A DNA stretch of 64,000 bases, taken from assembly GCA_043806635.1 (NCBI GenBank), contig JAZDGT010000044.1, positions 36 through 64,035 of the forward strand, read 5' to 3'. How positions within the stretch are numbered: the stretch's first letter is position 1; the number at the start of each line of letters is the position of its first letter. Origin of the DNA: Methanobacteriota archaeon. GTDB lineage: Archaea; Thermoplasmatota; E2; DHVEG-1. This document shows, one piece after another, positions 28,397-42,200 of the stretch. The notes under the pieces were generated by a model. The model did no database searches and was not told the DNA's origin. It saw nothing but the letters and a program-made list of their open reading frames with translations. Position numbers and translations under genes: made by a program.

Positions 28397-30160
28397 TTAC
28401 CAAGGTAAAACAAATAATATATATCCAAACGCGAACGCATTCACAGTTTGTTTCATCGCGTTTTCATGGTCTTTATCAGAGATCGTCACAGTAATCCGTA
28501 TTTTACCGAGTTCAAAAAATGGTCCAGTGCGGATCGGCACGGTCTCGCCACTCGCGAGCTGTTCGATGTCTCCGTCATAATACGAGTTCACAGGATTAAG
28601 AATCCTACCACCATTAATAGAAATGTTCCAGTAAATATCCCAGATCTTCCGAGTTCCAAGATTATTAATCTCCGCATGAAAACCAAGGCCACCACGGAGA
28701 TGATCAACCGATAAAATCATCATATGAACCGTCAAGGGAATCGACCAGTCGCTCTCATACCCATAATGATCCTTCGCCTTCACCGTGATATTATAGGTGC
28801 CTTCGCTTTTCCATTTATAAGTCGTATTCACGGTGTCCAGCTGACCAAACGGTCCACGCCAGCCACTCTCATTCCCATCACCCCAATTGAACTTATAATA
28901 AATCTGATCAAGTTCGGGGTCACTCGTTTTTGTATGATACCGATACGTCTCCCCGATTAACCCCGCAGTCGGTCCACGAGGCATCTCAGGAACATTCGGA
29001 GGATTATGATTCCGGATACAAACCAGATGCCCATTCTCCGCAGCAACGAAGACGCGAAGGTTCGAGACCGCAGGTGAACAGCTCACCGGGGCACTATCCA
29101 TCGCATATCTCCAAATCATGCTGCCATCCATGATATTATAACAATACACGTATCGGTCATCGGATCCAACATAGACTTTCCCATCAGCAACTGCTGGAGA
29201 TGAGCGGATACCACTCTCGGTCTCATTCTTCCAAATACCAGACCCATTTGATGCAAAAAAACAATACAGTTTCGCATCATCCGAACCAATATAGAGCTTC
29301 CCGTTAAAAACCGCAGGTGAAGAAAACACTCGACCATCCGTGCGATACGACCAATTTACTAATCCCGTTGTCGCATTCAAACTATATATTCGATAATCCT
29401 CAGATCCAACATAGACTCGATCGGCAACTACTGTAGGCGAAGACCCTACGTTACCCCCAGTCATATACCGCCAAACCCGTGACCCATTCGAAGCAAATAA
29501 ACAGTACACCTGATGATCATCAGAACCAATAAACACTCGATCGTTTACCACCGCGGGTGAAGAACGTACTGGTCCACCTGTAAGATACTCCCAGTTATGA
29601 GCACCGGTCTCCGCATTCAAACAGTAGACCTTCCCATTCTCAGAACCGATATAGATTCTTCCATCAACAACTGTTGGAGAAGAACTTACTGGGGAACCCG
29701 TGGAATAATTCCATATTTCAGTCCCAATACAAGCATAAATACAATACACTTTCCCATCAGAGGATCCAAAATACATTCGTCCATCATAAAAAGCAGGAGA
29801 CGACCGAATCGCACCCCCGGTATGGAATTTCCAGATAAGATCACAGCTTGCACCCGCTAGATCAGGGATCCCTTCAGGGGTTCCCTCTGAAGGATCTGCA
29901 TCAAAACAATATAAGTACCCGTCTTCAGAGCCGATGTATAGGCGACCGAGACCAAAGGCTGGAGATGATGAAACGACAGGGGAAATCGTGGTATTCCAGA
30001 GGATTTGTGTCATACTTGGTCCTTGCGTTGGTGAATACCCAGTATGTTGAGGATCATGTCGAAACATCGGCCAATCATCAGCAAACACGGTTGTTACTCC
30101 TGTACTGAATAACCCTAGTACGAGTAAAATACTGAGGAGTTTACCAGGTAGTCTAAACAT
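28397..30160 (-). CDS. Secreted PQQ-like 8-bladed beta-propeller protein with PKD domain and C-terminal beta-sandwich
   Basis: Signal peptide LLSILLVLGLFSTGVTTVFA. Eight repeats of xSSPAVxxGRVYVGSxDxxVYC. PKD-like YKFNWGDGNESGW...TYNITVKAKDHYGYESDWS. Confidence 0.8.
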   Translation of the reverse strand: MFRLPGKLLSILLVLGLFSTGVTTVFADDWPMFRHDPQHTGYSPTQGPSMTQILWNTTISPVVSSSPAFGLGRLYIGSEDGYLYCFDADPSEGTPEGIPDLAGASCDLIWKFHTGGAIRSSPAFYDGRMYFGSSDGKVYCIYACIGTEIWNYSTGSPVSSSPTVVDGRIYIGSENGKVYCLNAETGAHNWEYLTGGPVRSSPAVVNDRVFIGSDDHQVYCLFASNGSRVWRYMTGGNVGSSPTVVADRVYVGSEDYRIYSLNATTGLVNWSYRTDGRVFSSPAVFNGKLYIGSDDAKLYCFFASNGSGIWKNETESGIRSSPAVADGKVYVGSDDRYVYCYNIMDGSMIWRYAMDSAPVSCSPAVSNLRVFVAAENGHLVCIRNHNPPNVPEMPRGPTAGLIGETYRYHTKTSDPELDQIYYKFNWGDGNESGWRGPFGQLDTVNTTYKWKSEGTYNITVKAKDHYGYESDWSIPLTVHMMILSVDHLRGGLGFHAEINNLGTRKIWDIYWNISINGGRILNPVNSYYDGDIEQLASGETVPIRTGPFFELGKIRITVTISDKDHENAMKQTVNAFAFGYILFVLPW

Positions 30161-30261
30161 AATTCTCGCTCGATCCCTAATATTTATATGTTATTATATA
30201 CTAGTGATATTATTTAAAACTTGTTGTACAATTCTTGTTTATTTCTCCTTTAGAAAATAAG

Positions 30262-30269
30262 AAAAAAAA
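30262..30269 (-). terminator. T8 tract 19 nt downstream of the giant ORF stop
   Basis: Plus-strand A8 at 30262-30269. The stop codon is at 30288-30290. Confidence 0.3.
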
Positions 30270-30287
30270 GGGGAAAAAGAGAGAAAA

Positions 30288-33200
30288 TTATAGTTTCCCG
30301 AGGTCTGTTGGCGGTTTTTGGTATGTATTCTCTTTTTTGTCGTCTTTGGTTTTTTGTGGGTCTTTCGGTTTTTCGTCGATGTAAATGAACCCGGCTTTGA
30401 AGAGAACAACAATAACGATGATAATGGCAAGTATTGCGCCGAGTATCACTGCGATGAGGGTAAACGGGAGTTGTATTGTTGGTAGTATAGGGGGTTGTTG
30501 CGCGGCGATCGCAAAGGTTGAGAGGCCAGTTGTAACTGCTTTGTAGTAGACGTACATGTCGTCTTCATTGACTATGGTGGTTTCGAGTTGTTCCCATTGG
30601 TTGTTGTGGTATCGCATGAGGACAATATTGGTTTTATCGATGTCGTGTTCAGTGAACCATTCTTGTTCTACTTTGAAGGTGATGGTAAATGTTTCGATGC
30701 TTCCTTCCTCAGCAGTGGTTTCGATGGTGAGGTAGCAATAGACATTTGCTGTGGGCTCTAGGATTCCTTTGGGTAGTTCTGTGAGACTTTCGACAGAGAT
30801 GGTGACGTCGATGAGGTTCCCTGCTGCGGTGATTTCTATGGAGTCGATACCAGTTGCGGTGTGTTCTAGGGAAATGAATTGTGTATCTCCTTTGGTGAGG
30901 TTTTCGATGGTCTCGTTGATTTTCGTGATTTCTTCTTGTACTGTGAAGGTCCAGGTTTTTGTTGCTTGGTTATTATATGTGTCTGATACGGTGACGGTTA
31001 TGGTGTGTGTTGTGTAGCTCATGGGGATAGTGGGGGTGTAGGTGACTTGTGCTAGGGTTATGGTTGCTGATGAGGTGACATTGGTTCCATCGACGCGGAT
31101 GGTTATGGATCCTGCTTTGATCCCACTGGGGTCAGTGTAGGTTGCTTGTATGGTCGGTGTTCTATCATTGGTTGTTGTTCCTGCTGTTGGGTGGAGGTTG
31201 GTGATGGTTGGTCCTGTGCCGTCTACGACGGTGAAGCTGTAGGTTGCTGATCGGGTGGTTTGTGATGCATTGTCTTGTGCGATGATCCAATAGTTCACGG
31301 TGATGCCATCAAGGAACGGACCGATTTCTGTCACGTAATCATTGCCGGTTCCTTTAGTCATTGCTCTGGAGTGGTTTGATCCATCGTTCCAGTAGAGTGT
31401 GACTAAGGAGACGAGGTAGTTATCGGTGACGGTTGCATAGATAGTAACGTAGTTGTTACTCGTAATTGTTGTGGGTGTATGGGAGATGCCAGAGATGGTT
31501 GGTGGAGTATCTCCTCCAGTTACTGGTGGTTCTGGACCAGGTCCTGATGGTGGTGGTGATTCTGAGGCAGCGGTGGTGAAGGTATCATCTGAAGAGGTGT
31601 TCTGGTTCCCTGCTTTATCATAAGAGATGACGCGGTAATGATAGGTGGTACTTGCGGAGAGGCTGGTCAGGGATCGGGAGTGGGAGGTTGTGTAGGTTGA
31701 ACTCGTGCTTGTTGATCCGTAGGAGTCGGTGAGTCCGTATTCAACGGTGCTGTTTGCGTCTTCATCTGTTGTCCAGGTGATCGTTGCTGAGCTTGCGGTG
31801 GGAGTACCAGAGCTGATGGAGGAGAGTTCTGGTAGGGTGTTATCCACGGTGACGTCTAGAGTGATCCAGTTTCTGACGCCTCCAATGTTTCTTGCGGTGA
31901 GATTCAGGGTGTAGTTGCCGTCGTCAAGTGCGGAGGTGTTCCAGCTCCCAAGAGTATCATTTTCAACTGCTGAGGTTGAAGAAGTGATGGTCGTCCAGGT
32001 GATTTCATCTGCGGAGTAGTTCAGCCAGTATTTGTTGAAGTTGGTGTCGGTTGCGTTTCCGGTGATGGTTACGGTGTCTTTCACGTAGATCCATCCGTCG
32101 CCATCATCATCTGTTGGTGAAGCGATGTCAACGGTGGGTGCGCTGGTGACAATGGTGGTGTAGGTATCGTAGGTTGATGCGGTTTCTGTATTGGATACGT
32201 TGTCTTTCGCGATAGAGCGGAAGTAGTAGGTGGATCCAACTGCTCCGTTATAGATGAGGGTTCCGCTTGATGAGGTACTGGTGGTGTAGTTCGTCCATGT
32301 TCCACCGGTACCGTTCTTGATTTGGATTGTCACATTTTTGACGCCACTGTAGGTGTCTGATGCAGCCCAGGAGACGTCGAAGGGTGTGGTGCTGTAGGTT
32401 GAGAGCGCGGTGATGCTTGAGGTGGGTGCTGAGGTATCGATTTTGATATATGCGGTATTTGGTGTTTCTGTGTTTGTCGCGTTGTCTTTTGCGCGATATT
32501 TTAGTGTGGTGTTTCCTTGCGCGCTGAAGAGGAGTGGAGTGGTGTATTGTGTTGATGAGTTGGTGGGGCTTGACCCATCTGTTGTGTATCGGATTTTGTA
32601 GACCCCACTAGTGTCATCGGTTGCGGAGAGGGTGATGGTGACTGCGGTGTTTTTCCATCCTGTTCCTGTTGGTGAACGGCTAATTGAGGTAATTGGCGCA
32701 ACTGTGTCTACTTTGAGTGTTTTTGTATGGGTGCTTTCAATATTGGGTGTCGTGTTTTTGTCGTAGGAGTAGTACATAATCGTGTAGGTGTCATCACCAA
32801 GATCGTTATCGCCACCGATAGTGAATGGTGATGTGTATTGTGTTCTGTTTTGATTCGATGTGTTCGTTGGGTTGGTTCCATCTGTGGTGTAATAGGTTTT
32901 GTTCACGCCTTTCCCGTTATCAACCGCGGTGAGGGTGACAGTGACTGCTGATCGTTGCCAACCTGTGGGAATATTATCAGTTGTGGCGGGTTTTTTATCA
33001 TCATAGGACATTCCTGATACACTAGTCACGGTTTTATTCTCGTTTGGTGGTGAAGCGGTGTCGATGGCAGTGACCGCGTAGTAGAAGGTGGTATCATCTG
33101 TTGCTGAGGTATCATCGTAGGTGGTTGTTGTTTTCTCTGTTATTGTTGTGAGGAGTTGGACGCCTGATGCGGTGACGTTGGTAAATGAGCTTGTTCTGCG

Positions 33201-36200
33201 GTAGATTTTATAGGCTGAGAAATCTGTCGCGCTTGATTGTGTCCAGGATAAAGTAAGGGTTTTTTCTGCATTGGTTTTATCTCTAACGGTGAGCCCAGTG
33301 ATCGCGTTGGGTGGTGTCGTATCAGTGCCTGAAGTGGTAGCAAAGGTGTAGTCTGTTGATGTACCGAGGTTGTCTGCTTGGTCTCGTGATTTCACGCGGT
33401 AATGGTAGGTAGTCCCTGGTGTGAGACTGGTTAACGAGACTGAATGACTGGTGACATCACTTGTATCAAGGGTGCTGTTGGATCCATAGGATGTGCTTAG
33501 TCCGTATTGGACTTGACTATCCGCTACTTCACTGGTTGTCCAGGTGATTGTTGCACCGGTTTGTGAGAGTCCTGTGCTGGTGATTGATGAAAACGTTGGT
33601 GCAGTTGTATCTAGAATAATGGTATCGGTGACTGCGGTTGCGGTATTTCCTGCGGTATCTTTGGCTTGGAAGTAGACGGTTTTTGTTCCATCACCTGAGA
33701 CTAACGTCCAGGTTTTTGAGGTTGCGTACGTCTCATATGTTGTGTAAGTGGTGCCGTTGCGGCTGAACCGCATTTTTGCGGCTCCGGTGGCTGAGACTGA
33801 GACAGTAACGGTTGTGGAGTTGGTGTAGGTTTGTCCTGATGCGATCGAGACGGTTAGACTGGTTGGTGCGGTGGTGTCTAATGTGATGTTATCAGAAACA
33901 ACATCGGCGATTAACCCTGCGTAGTCTTTTACTTTCAGGTACACAGTTTTAACACCGTCTCCTGATGTGAGCGTCCATGATTTGGATGTTGAGTAGGTTT
34001 CCCAGGATTGGCCTGTGAAGGTGATATCATTTGATAGCATCATTTGGTAGAGTCCGCTGGTGGCATCAGATGCTGAGATGGCGAGGGTGACACTGACACT
34101 ATTCGAGTGGGTTGTTGGTGTATCTCCACTTCCTGATATTGTTACGGAGACATCAGTGGGTTTTACGGTATCAAGGGTGACGGTATCAGATACTGCGGTC
34201 GCGGTGTTTCCTGCAACATCTTTTACTTGATAGTAGACGGTTCGTACGCCATCAACTGCGTATAACGTCCAAGATTTGGAGGTTTGATAATCTTCCCAGT
34301 CACTCCAATCACCGACACTGTTTTTAAACCGCATTTTTTTATTCGAAACATCTGTTCCAGTGAGGGTCAACGTGGCACTTGTTGAGTTCGCGAAGCTATC
34401 ACCATTGTTTATGGTCACGGTGGCTCCGGTTGGTGCGGTATTATCAACCACTACTGTTGTAGTCTCTGTTGCTTCATTAGAAGGATCACCATACGACCCC
34501 GTGGAGACTTTTATCCGATAGGTGTCATCAGTAACCACAGTGTTACTATCATCTTTCCCATTCCATGTTGCGGTGTATGTGGTACCGACCCCTGAGAGAG
34601 CAAGTCCTGTTCGTTTGATATCGTTTTCACTGTTGTATATATTGAGGTATAAGGTTTGTGAGGCGTCAGCGGTGACTGTTACTGATGTTGTATCTTTATA
34701 GCTATCAGCATTTGGACTAAACGGATCATTAGACACCGATATCGATTGCACATTTTCGGGAGGGGCTAAAGGTTCAACTGGTTCAGATTCAAAATCGGTA
34801 TACTCATATGCTGTTATGGTAAAGACATTACTTGCGGAATCAAGGACCAATGGTGAACCATCGATATCAGCGCTTACTCGGACATAACCAAGAATGTAAG
34901 GTCCGTCGGTTAATGAGGAGTAGATGGCGTCGCCTTCAAATTTCAGTTGAATGATTTGAACTCCTGTCTCAAGGTTTGCGGAAGCGTCGTCTCCATCGAC
35001 CCAGACGTCTCCACCATCTGCATAGAGGTCGCCGTAGAAATCGTAATCACCCTCAACACCAATATCAACGGCTACATTAATGATCAGATATTCGTACTCA
35101 TCATCTCCATCAACATTACTCGCATACCCGCTGTAGGTTCCTGTGAAGTGTGCTGCTGCATCAGGATGTTGGAAAGCAGTGTATGCATAGGCATCGGTGG
35201 TATGAACATTATTTACTCGGGCGATTTCTCCAACACCCGCTTGTACGACGGAGATAAACGACACAACATATGGTCCATCTCGTGCTTTTGCATAGATATC
35301 CAGTCCGTTAAAGACTAATGAAATCACTGTTGGTCCTGAGTATGAGCCATTAGTTGATGCACCAGTGATCCATGTACCAGTCTGGTTTGTTAAACCAGCG
35401 ATGATCGCATATGATCCCTCGGTCGTAAAATCAATGGTCAGCGTAACATTTAACGTGTCGTATTCAAGGTCACCATCTGCATCCCATACATCCGAATCAA
35501 CGGAGGATACATCAATTTCAACCCCTGAGGAGAAATCATTGTAATCGTAGGATCCTTGTAACACGGTCGCATTTGAATCAATCAGTCGTCCGTCACTTGT
35601 TCTTCTCATCTCAATATAAACTTTATCCGGGTTGATGTGGCTGTTATTGATGATACTCCCATCAAATTGTAACGTGAATGTCTGATTATATCCTTGTATG
35701 GTTTGAGTCTGTTCATTCCATGCAATGTATTCCCAGTTCTCGCCACAGAGCCATCCGCTTACTTGATATTGTGTACTTGTTGCCGAGTTTGTGGTTACAT
35801 TGACTTGGAGATAGGTTTCCGTTGCATAATCCTCGGTTTCGGTTTCATTGATGCCTGCTTGTGATGATGTGAAATCAGTAAAACTGTAGGTGTTTGTTTG
35901 GTAGGGATCGATGCTATCGATCATCGTCCATGTTCCGGTTCTCCAGAGTTCGATACGGATTTGATAGGGTCCGTTTATTCCGCGGTTGTATATTTCTTCG
36001 CCATCAAATGTGAGAGAGAATTGTTGATCTCCAGAGTCATCAACGGTGATTTGTTGAGAACTCGAGACAATGTACCACCAGTTGTATTGTTCTTGTTTGT
36101 AGACCATACTACGGAGTTCATACGTACCAATCGCTGATGAGTTAACGGTAATATTCAGTTGGAGGTTACCGCTTACGATGGTATCCGCAGCACCATTCGT

Positions 36201-39200
36201 CATTGAGACTAGTTCGATGCCGGCTCCTTGGAAATCGGTGTTATCGTAGCTCTCAGTTTGATAATCGTCAATCATGTCTAAAAGGTTCCATGTGGTTGGA
36301 TCGCGAAGTTCTAAACGGAGTTCATAGGGGCCGTCGTATCCGCTATTACGAATGATTGAACCTTCGAAGAGGATTGAGAAGGTTTCATCTCCACTTCCAG
36401 TATGGGTTATCTCTTGGCTTTGCCAGGTTATCGGTATCCAGTTGTATCCCACGCGTTTATGGAGGTCAGCACCAAGCCAGTAGGTTCCTCCTGTGGTCGA
36501 ATTCATAGTGACATTGACAAGTAAATAGGTATAGGAGCCCGCGGTTCCCACTCCTTGATCTGATGGCGACTGAGAGTCTTCCACGAATTCAATCGAAGGA
36601 CTCTGGAAGTCAGTGTAGGAATAATCTTCAGTCTGGTATTGTTCGATGACATCGTATCGCATCCAGGTTGTGATATTATTGAGTTCAAGGCGGATTTTAT
36701 ATGGGCCATCTAACCCACTACCATAGATCTGCTCGCCACTAAATTGTAGTTTCACTTGTTGTTCACCTGAGTCATCGAGAGTGATTTCCTCTCCTTCCCA
36801 AGATATCGGATACCACATCCACCCTGACTGATAATGTAGATTACCATGAATCCAGTACCTTCCTGCTTGACTACAATTAATGGTAACGTTAAGATCTAAG
36901 AAGTTATACTTCGTATCAGCATCATCAGTATCGTTCCCCCAGTCCTCCATCAGGTCTTCAACGAAGAACACGGATGGTTCTTTGAAATCAGTATAACTGT
37001 ATCCTTGGGTTTCATATCGATTGATCATGTCCTGGGTTGTCCAGGTTGTAGTATCTCGAAGTTCTATACGGATTTGGTAGGGACCATCTAACCCGCTACC
37101 GCTGATTAGTTCACCAGGGAAAGAGAGGATCTTATATTGTTCTCCTTCTACCGCGGTGAATTCAATATTTTGGAAGTCAATCCATTGCCATTGCCATCTG
37201 GATTCCTTATGGAGATCAGCACCAAGCCAATACGTATGACCCGCACCTCCTGCGCTACAGTTTAGAGTGATATTGAGTTCGAGGTAATCATATGATCCAG
37301 GTGTGCCGATACCCTGATCAAACGGGCAGGTATCGTTATCAACGATTTGTATCCCTGCTTGTTCGAATTCTGTATAGGAGTATTGTGCGGTCATGTAGCG
37401 ATCGACTCGATCTAATTGATTCCAGGAATCGTCACGTAATTCGATGTGTGCCTGATATGGTCCGTTGACTGCTGCTGACCGGATTTGTATTCCATCAAAT
37501 TGTAGGGTGATGTTTGATGTTCCTTCTGGAAGGGTCATTAATCCTGTGGATTCCCATCCGAGCCAATACCATCCACCGATATCTTGATGGAGGTCACCAG
37601 AGATCTCGTAGTCACCTTCTGTGCTCACTGATACAGGTATGGTGATGTCTAAGGTATCGTAGTATCCATTGCTATTGGAATCATTTCCTATGTCGGTGAT
37701 ACCGTTTTCATCCATCGATGCACCGGGTTGTTGGAAGTTCGTGTACATGTAAGATCCGGTATCGTAGCTTCCAATGGTATCAAGGAGGCTCCAGGTGTTA
37801 GCATCTCTCAGTTCTAAGCGGATTTGATAGGGGCCATTTACACCACTATTGTAGATAGATTCGCCATTAAAGGTTAGAGTTACGGAGTTAGTTCCAGCAT
37901 CGACGGTTTCCCATATTTGTGTCCATTCTATCCATTGCCACCCTCCTTGCTGTTCTTTATGGAGGTCAGCAGAGATGACAACGTCTTTTTCTTCAGATGA
38001 GGTGATGTTTAGGTCAATTTGGAGATAATCATATTCTTCACCAGAGTCATCAGAATCAACAGCGGTATCAATGATAGACGCATCGTCAAACACTACTGCA
38101 GAACCAACAAAATCTGTGTAGGAATATCCGCTGATTTCTGCTTCACGCATCGCAACTCGTTGGCCGGATCCTCGATCTTGTATCTCGAAGTGGTAGCGAT
38201 AGGGTGAATTTTGTTCTGATGAACTAATTTGCTCTCCGTTGAATTGGAGGGGGATTTCTTCAACTTCGTAGCCATCGATGAGATCTGTCGCGGTTATCGT
38301 GACAAATTCGTTGGTCCATCCAAGCCAATACCAATTTGGTTGAGCCTGTTTGGAGAGATCACACCAGACTTCATAGTTACCAGCGACCGTGAAGTTCACG
38401 AGAACTGTGATATTTAAGAAATCATAGGGGGGTGTGCCTTCTCCGCCACTTACACTATATCCATTATGAGCGACTGATCCGATACTGACTGCGGTGTTGG
38501 AGAAATCAGCAGTAGTATACGTGTTGTAGGAGGTCCCACTGATATGGTCAAGATCTTGCCATTGTCCAGATCGACGTAGCCATACCTCGAGATCCAGTGT
38601 AGATCCTCCATCAAAGACACCTTCCAATCCTTGACTTTGAATATTGTTACAGATCTCGACGACATCAAATTGTAAGGTGATGTTTTGTGTATTGTTACTT
38701 GCTTGTAGATAGAGATCCATTCCGTTTCCTGCTAAGTGGTTCCAGTTCCAGTTAATTTGTTTATGAAGACATCCGTCGATATGATAATTCCCCGATTCGT
38801 TTACCTCGAGGCTTATGTTGACTTTCACATATTGTGCGTTTGTTGGTGGAGAGAGATAGTCGTAGTACTCACCCGTGAATTCAACGGGAGCAGGGGCGAA
38901 TTCTCCCAGGTCATAAGGTTCGGTTTCGTGTTCGTCAATTGAGTCAATCATCATCCAGTTCTCGTCCATGAGTCGGAAGTTAACCATGTATGGTCCATCG
39001 TATCCTGATTGTTGTATTGTTGCGGTATCAAAGGAGAGTACAACTTCGGTGGTTCCTGTCTCAGATATCGTGACGTCCTGACCGGTATGGGTTAACCAAA
39101 TCCATTGCTGCCATCCACCCATGTTGATAACTTTATGTAAATCCGCTTCAACATGATATTGTCCAACCTCCGAGGAGTTTATTACTAGGGTGAAATTGAG

Positions 39201-42200
39201 ATATGATCCATCATCACTAAGTGATTCGTTTGTGGGAGAATCTTCTGAGAAACTCACTGCAGGAAGTTCAAAATCAGTATAATAGTAGTACGTATCGGCG
39301 GTAAACTCTAATTGTCCGAGTTCTATTCCCTGATCAGGGACTCGTAACCTAAGGGTGACACCATATTCACCGTCTAATCCGCGGTTACGTATCTCGTATC
39401 CGCTGAAATCAATGGTGACGTTTTCTTCTCCGGTTTCATTGATCTGGAATTCAGTGTGTGACCAGGTGATCCATTCACGTTGGTATCCGACTTGTTTGTA
39501 GAGTTCTCCTGATACTTCGTATCTGTCTGTCTCGGAGAAATTAATTGGCGCAGTGATTCTGAGGTAATCATAGAAACCGTCTTCGTCTTCATCGTATCCT
39601 GCGTCTGTATGTTCGCCTGTAAACAGTGCACCGGGTTGTGAGAAATCAGTGTAATTCCACGCGTCGGTGTCTTCTTCGCGGTATCCGAGCCATTGCCAGG
39701 GATCGGTTTGCCGTAATTCTACTCCAACACGGTATGGACCATTGTATCCTGCGCTGTAGATGGATTCCCCTGAGAAAATAATAGTTACGTTATTAGTTCC
39801 ATTCTCTAGATGTGTTTGGTTCCATTCTTGTGATATCCACATATGACCTTGTTCTTGGCTACTAAAGAGTTGCGCATTGATTTCGTAGTTCCCTACTGAT
39901 CCATTGGAGACGTTCACTTGTGTTGTTATCCTGAGGTCTCCATTCGGATCCGGCCCGTTATCGATAATCTGGCCGATATATGCTACGGGTGCGGTGAACT
40001 GGTTATAGGTATAATTGATCTCTGTTTCTGGATCCCAACCTTCTATCCATTCCCATTGCCATTCATTCACTCGCTGTTGGAGGTTAAGGTTGATGTTCCA
40101 GGGGCTGGGTTGCATACTCCCATATATCTCACTTCCTCTGAAGGATAAGGTGACTTCAATGGTGGTGTTCACATTGGTTTCATTGATTTCGACATCTTTG
40201 TTCGCCCATGCAACCGGGTGGTGAAGCCACCAGCCTCCTTGTTGATATTCACGATAATGTAAATCCCCATTAACAGAGTAATTCCCTGTGGTTGTCGAAT
40301 TAATTGCACAGGTAATATTTAACGAGTCGTAGTTATCAACGGGTCCAATCGGGGTTATCGTAAAACCGAGTTGTCGTTCGAACGCAACAGCGGGTCGCAT
40401 GAAATCTTCATAGTTGTATTCTTGAGAGAGGGTATATTGGAGGCTGTCTAACTCGTTCCATTCTCCAGCCCGGTACAACCCAATCCACACAGAATATGGA
40501 TCTCTCCCGTTACTACGGATCTGTTGACCATCAAAGTAGAGCTGCAGGGTTCGTAAACCTGCAGATACATAGGATTCGTTGTCATCACCGGCGATCCACC
40601 ACCAGTTCTCGTCGTTTAACCCACCGCTTATTCGATAGGTACCAGCTGTGGTTACATTAATGGTGACGTTTACTACTAATCCTACATAGTTCCCGGGTTC
40701 ACCAACCGCACTATCAGTGACTGATTCTATTGATGTCCCCGTGGCTATTCCAAAACTACGTTGTGTTCGTATTTCATTATCATCTTTTGTGGCAATAAGT
40801 CGTATATCGTACCAATACGCCGGGTTAATTGTTGCTGGGATGGTGAATGTGAACGTTCCATGTCCTATTCCACTAGTAAACGTACCACTGGTTACGGTGT
40901 GTTCCCCCATCCAATCATAGTACAAGATCATCCATTCGAAGCTTCCGTCTTGCACATAACTCTGATTCCCTGCGTATGTAAACGAATAGGTTCCCGTACC
41001 ATTACTCCCGGGTCGATATCTGCTTTTATCGATCTCAAAGTTAAGGAATAACGAGTTAATCTGAACCCATCGGTCATCGCGACAGACACGTTGTTGCGTT
41101 TCGTTATATAACGCTGCCTCAAAGATATAGTCACCGTTGTCAAATCCTGAGGTATCTATCGAAAAGGTTACGTATCCATTTTCATCAGTCTGATTCTCAT
41201 GTTCCTCAACAAAGATCCTGCTGTAAAATCCTTCGACATTAACCTCTCGATAAATAAAGAGTGTACACAGTGAATAGGGTAGTGGTGTACCTTGCGCTGC
41301 TATAGTAATATTAACAGGATCCCCAGCAGCGTACTGACAATTCTCCATCCACATGTCAAGCCGCTCCGTCATATGCCAATACGGCAACATCGTAATATCA
41401 CGAATGAGAATTTCATCCTCATCAAGAGTCACATACTCCCAGCGGTTATCCAAATTCGCACCAGGATCAGTACACCATATCTCCATCTCAAATGAACCCG
41501 CTGTTGAATCGATACGATACCACCCGGTTCCATTGGTTGTGGTTGAATTCTCGCTCCAGGTGTTCCGATCACGTAACGTTATCATTGCTGATACAGGGTT
41601 TCCATAGATATCGGTAACATTCCCTCGTATCGAAGAATTCTCTGGCGGTGGCAACTCGAATTGTTCGTAATAATAGGTGTCAGTCATATACTCAACTGAA
41701 TCCAGCTGACCATATTGGGGAGTACGCACCCGTACACTAAACCATAATGAGCTATTCACTCCTTTGTTATAGATCTGATAACCTTCAACATTTAATGAAA
41801 TCGTTTGTATTCCAGTCATCGAAAAAGTGGTTGATTTCTGGATATGAGCTATATGTTGATCAACACCAGGACCACCCTCAGTGATGCCCACATCTCCTTC
41901 GAACTCATAGTAATCGGCTTCACCAACATCAACTTCAACGTCAAAGATCAAATATTCGTATAACCCGTTATCATTTGTATCTGATCCGTAATCGGTGATC
42001 GTTCCTGTGAAATAAATGGGTGGACTATCAAAAGCAGTGTATGAGTAATTACTTGTTGATTGGTTAATCGTATCAAACCAGTATTCAGTTCCATCAATCG
42101 AAAAGAAGAGGTCGATGACAGTTCGATACGGCCCATTTTCATGCATTTTATAGATTTTCTCTCCTTCAAACCAGAATTCAGCGGTTTTCGAACCGCTGCT

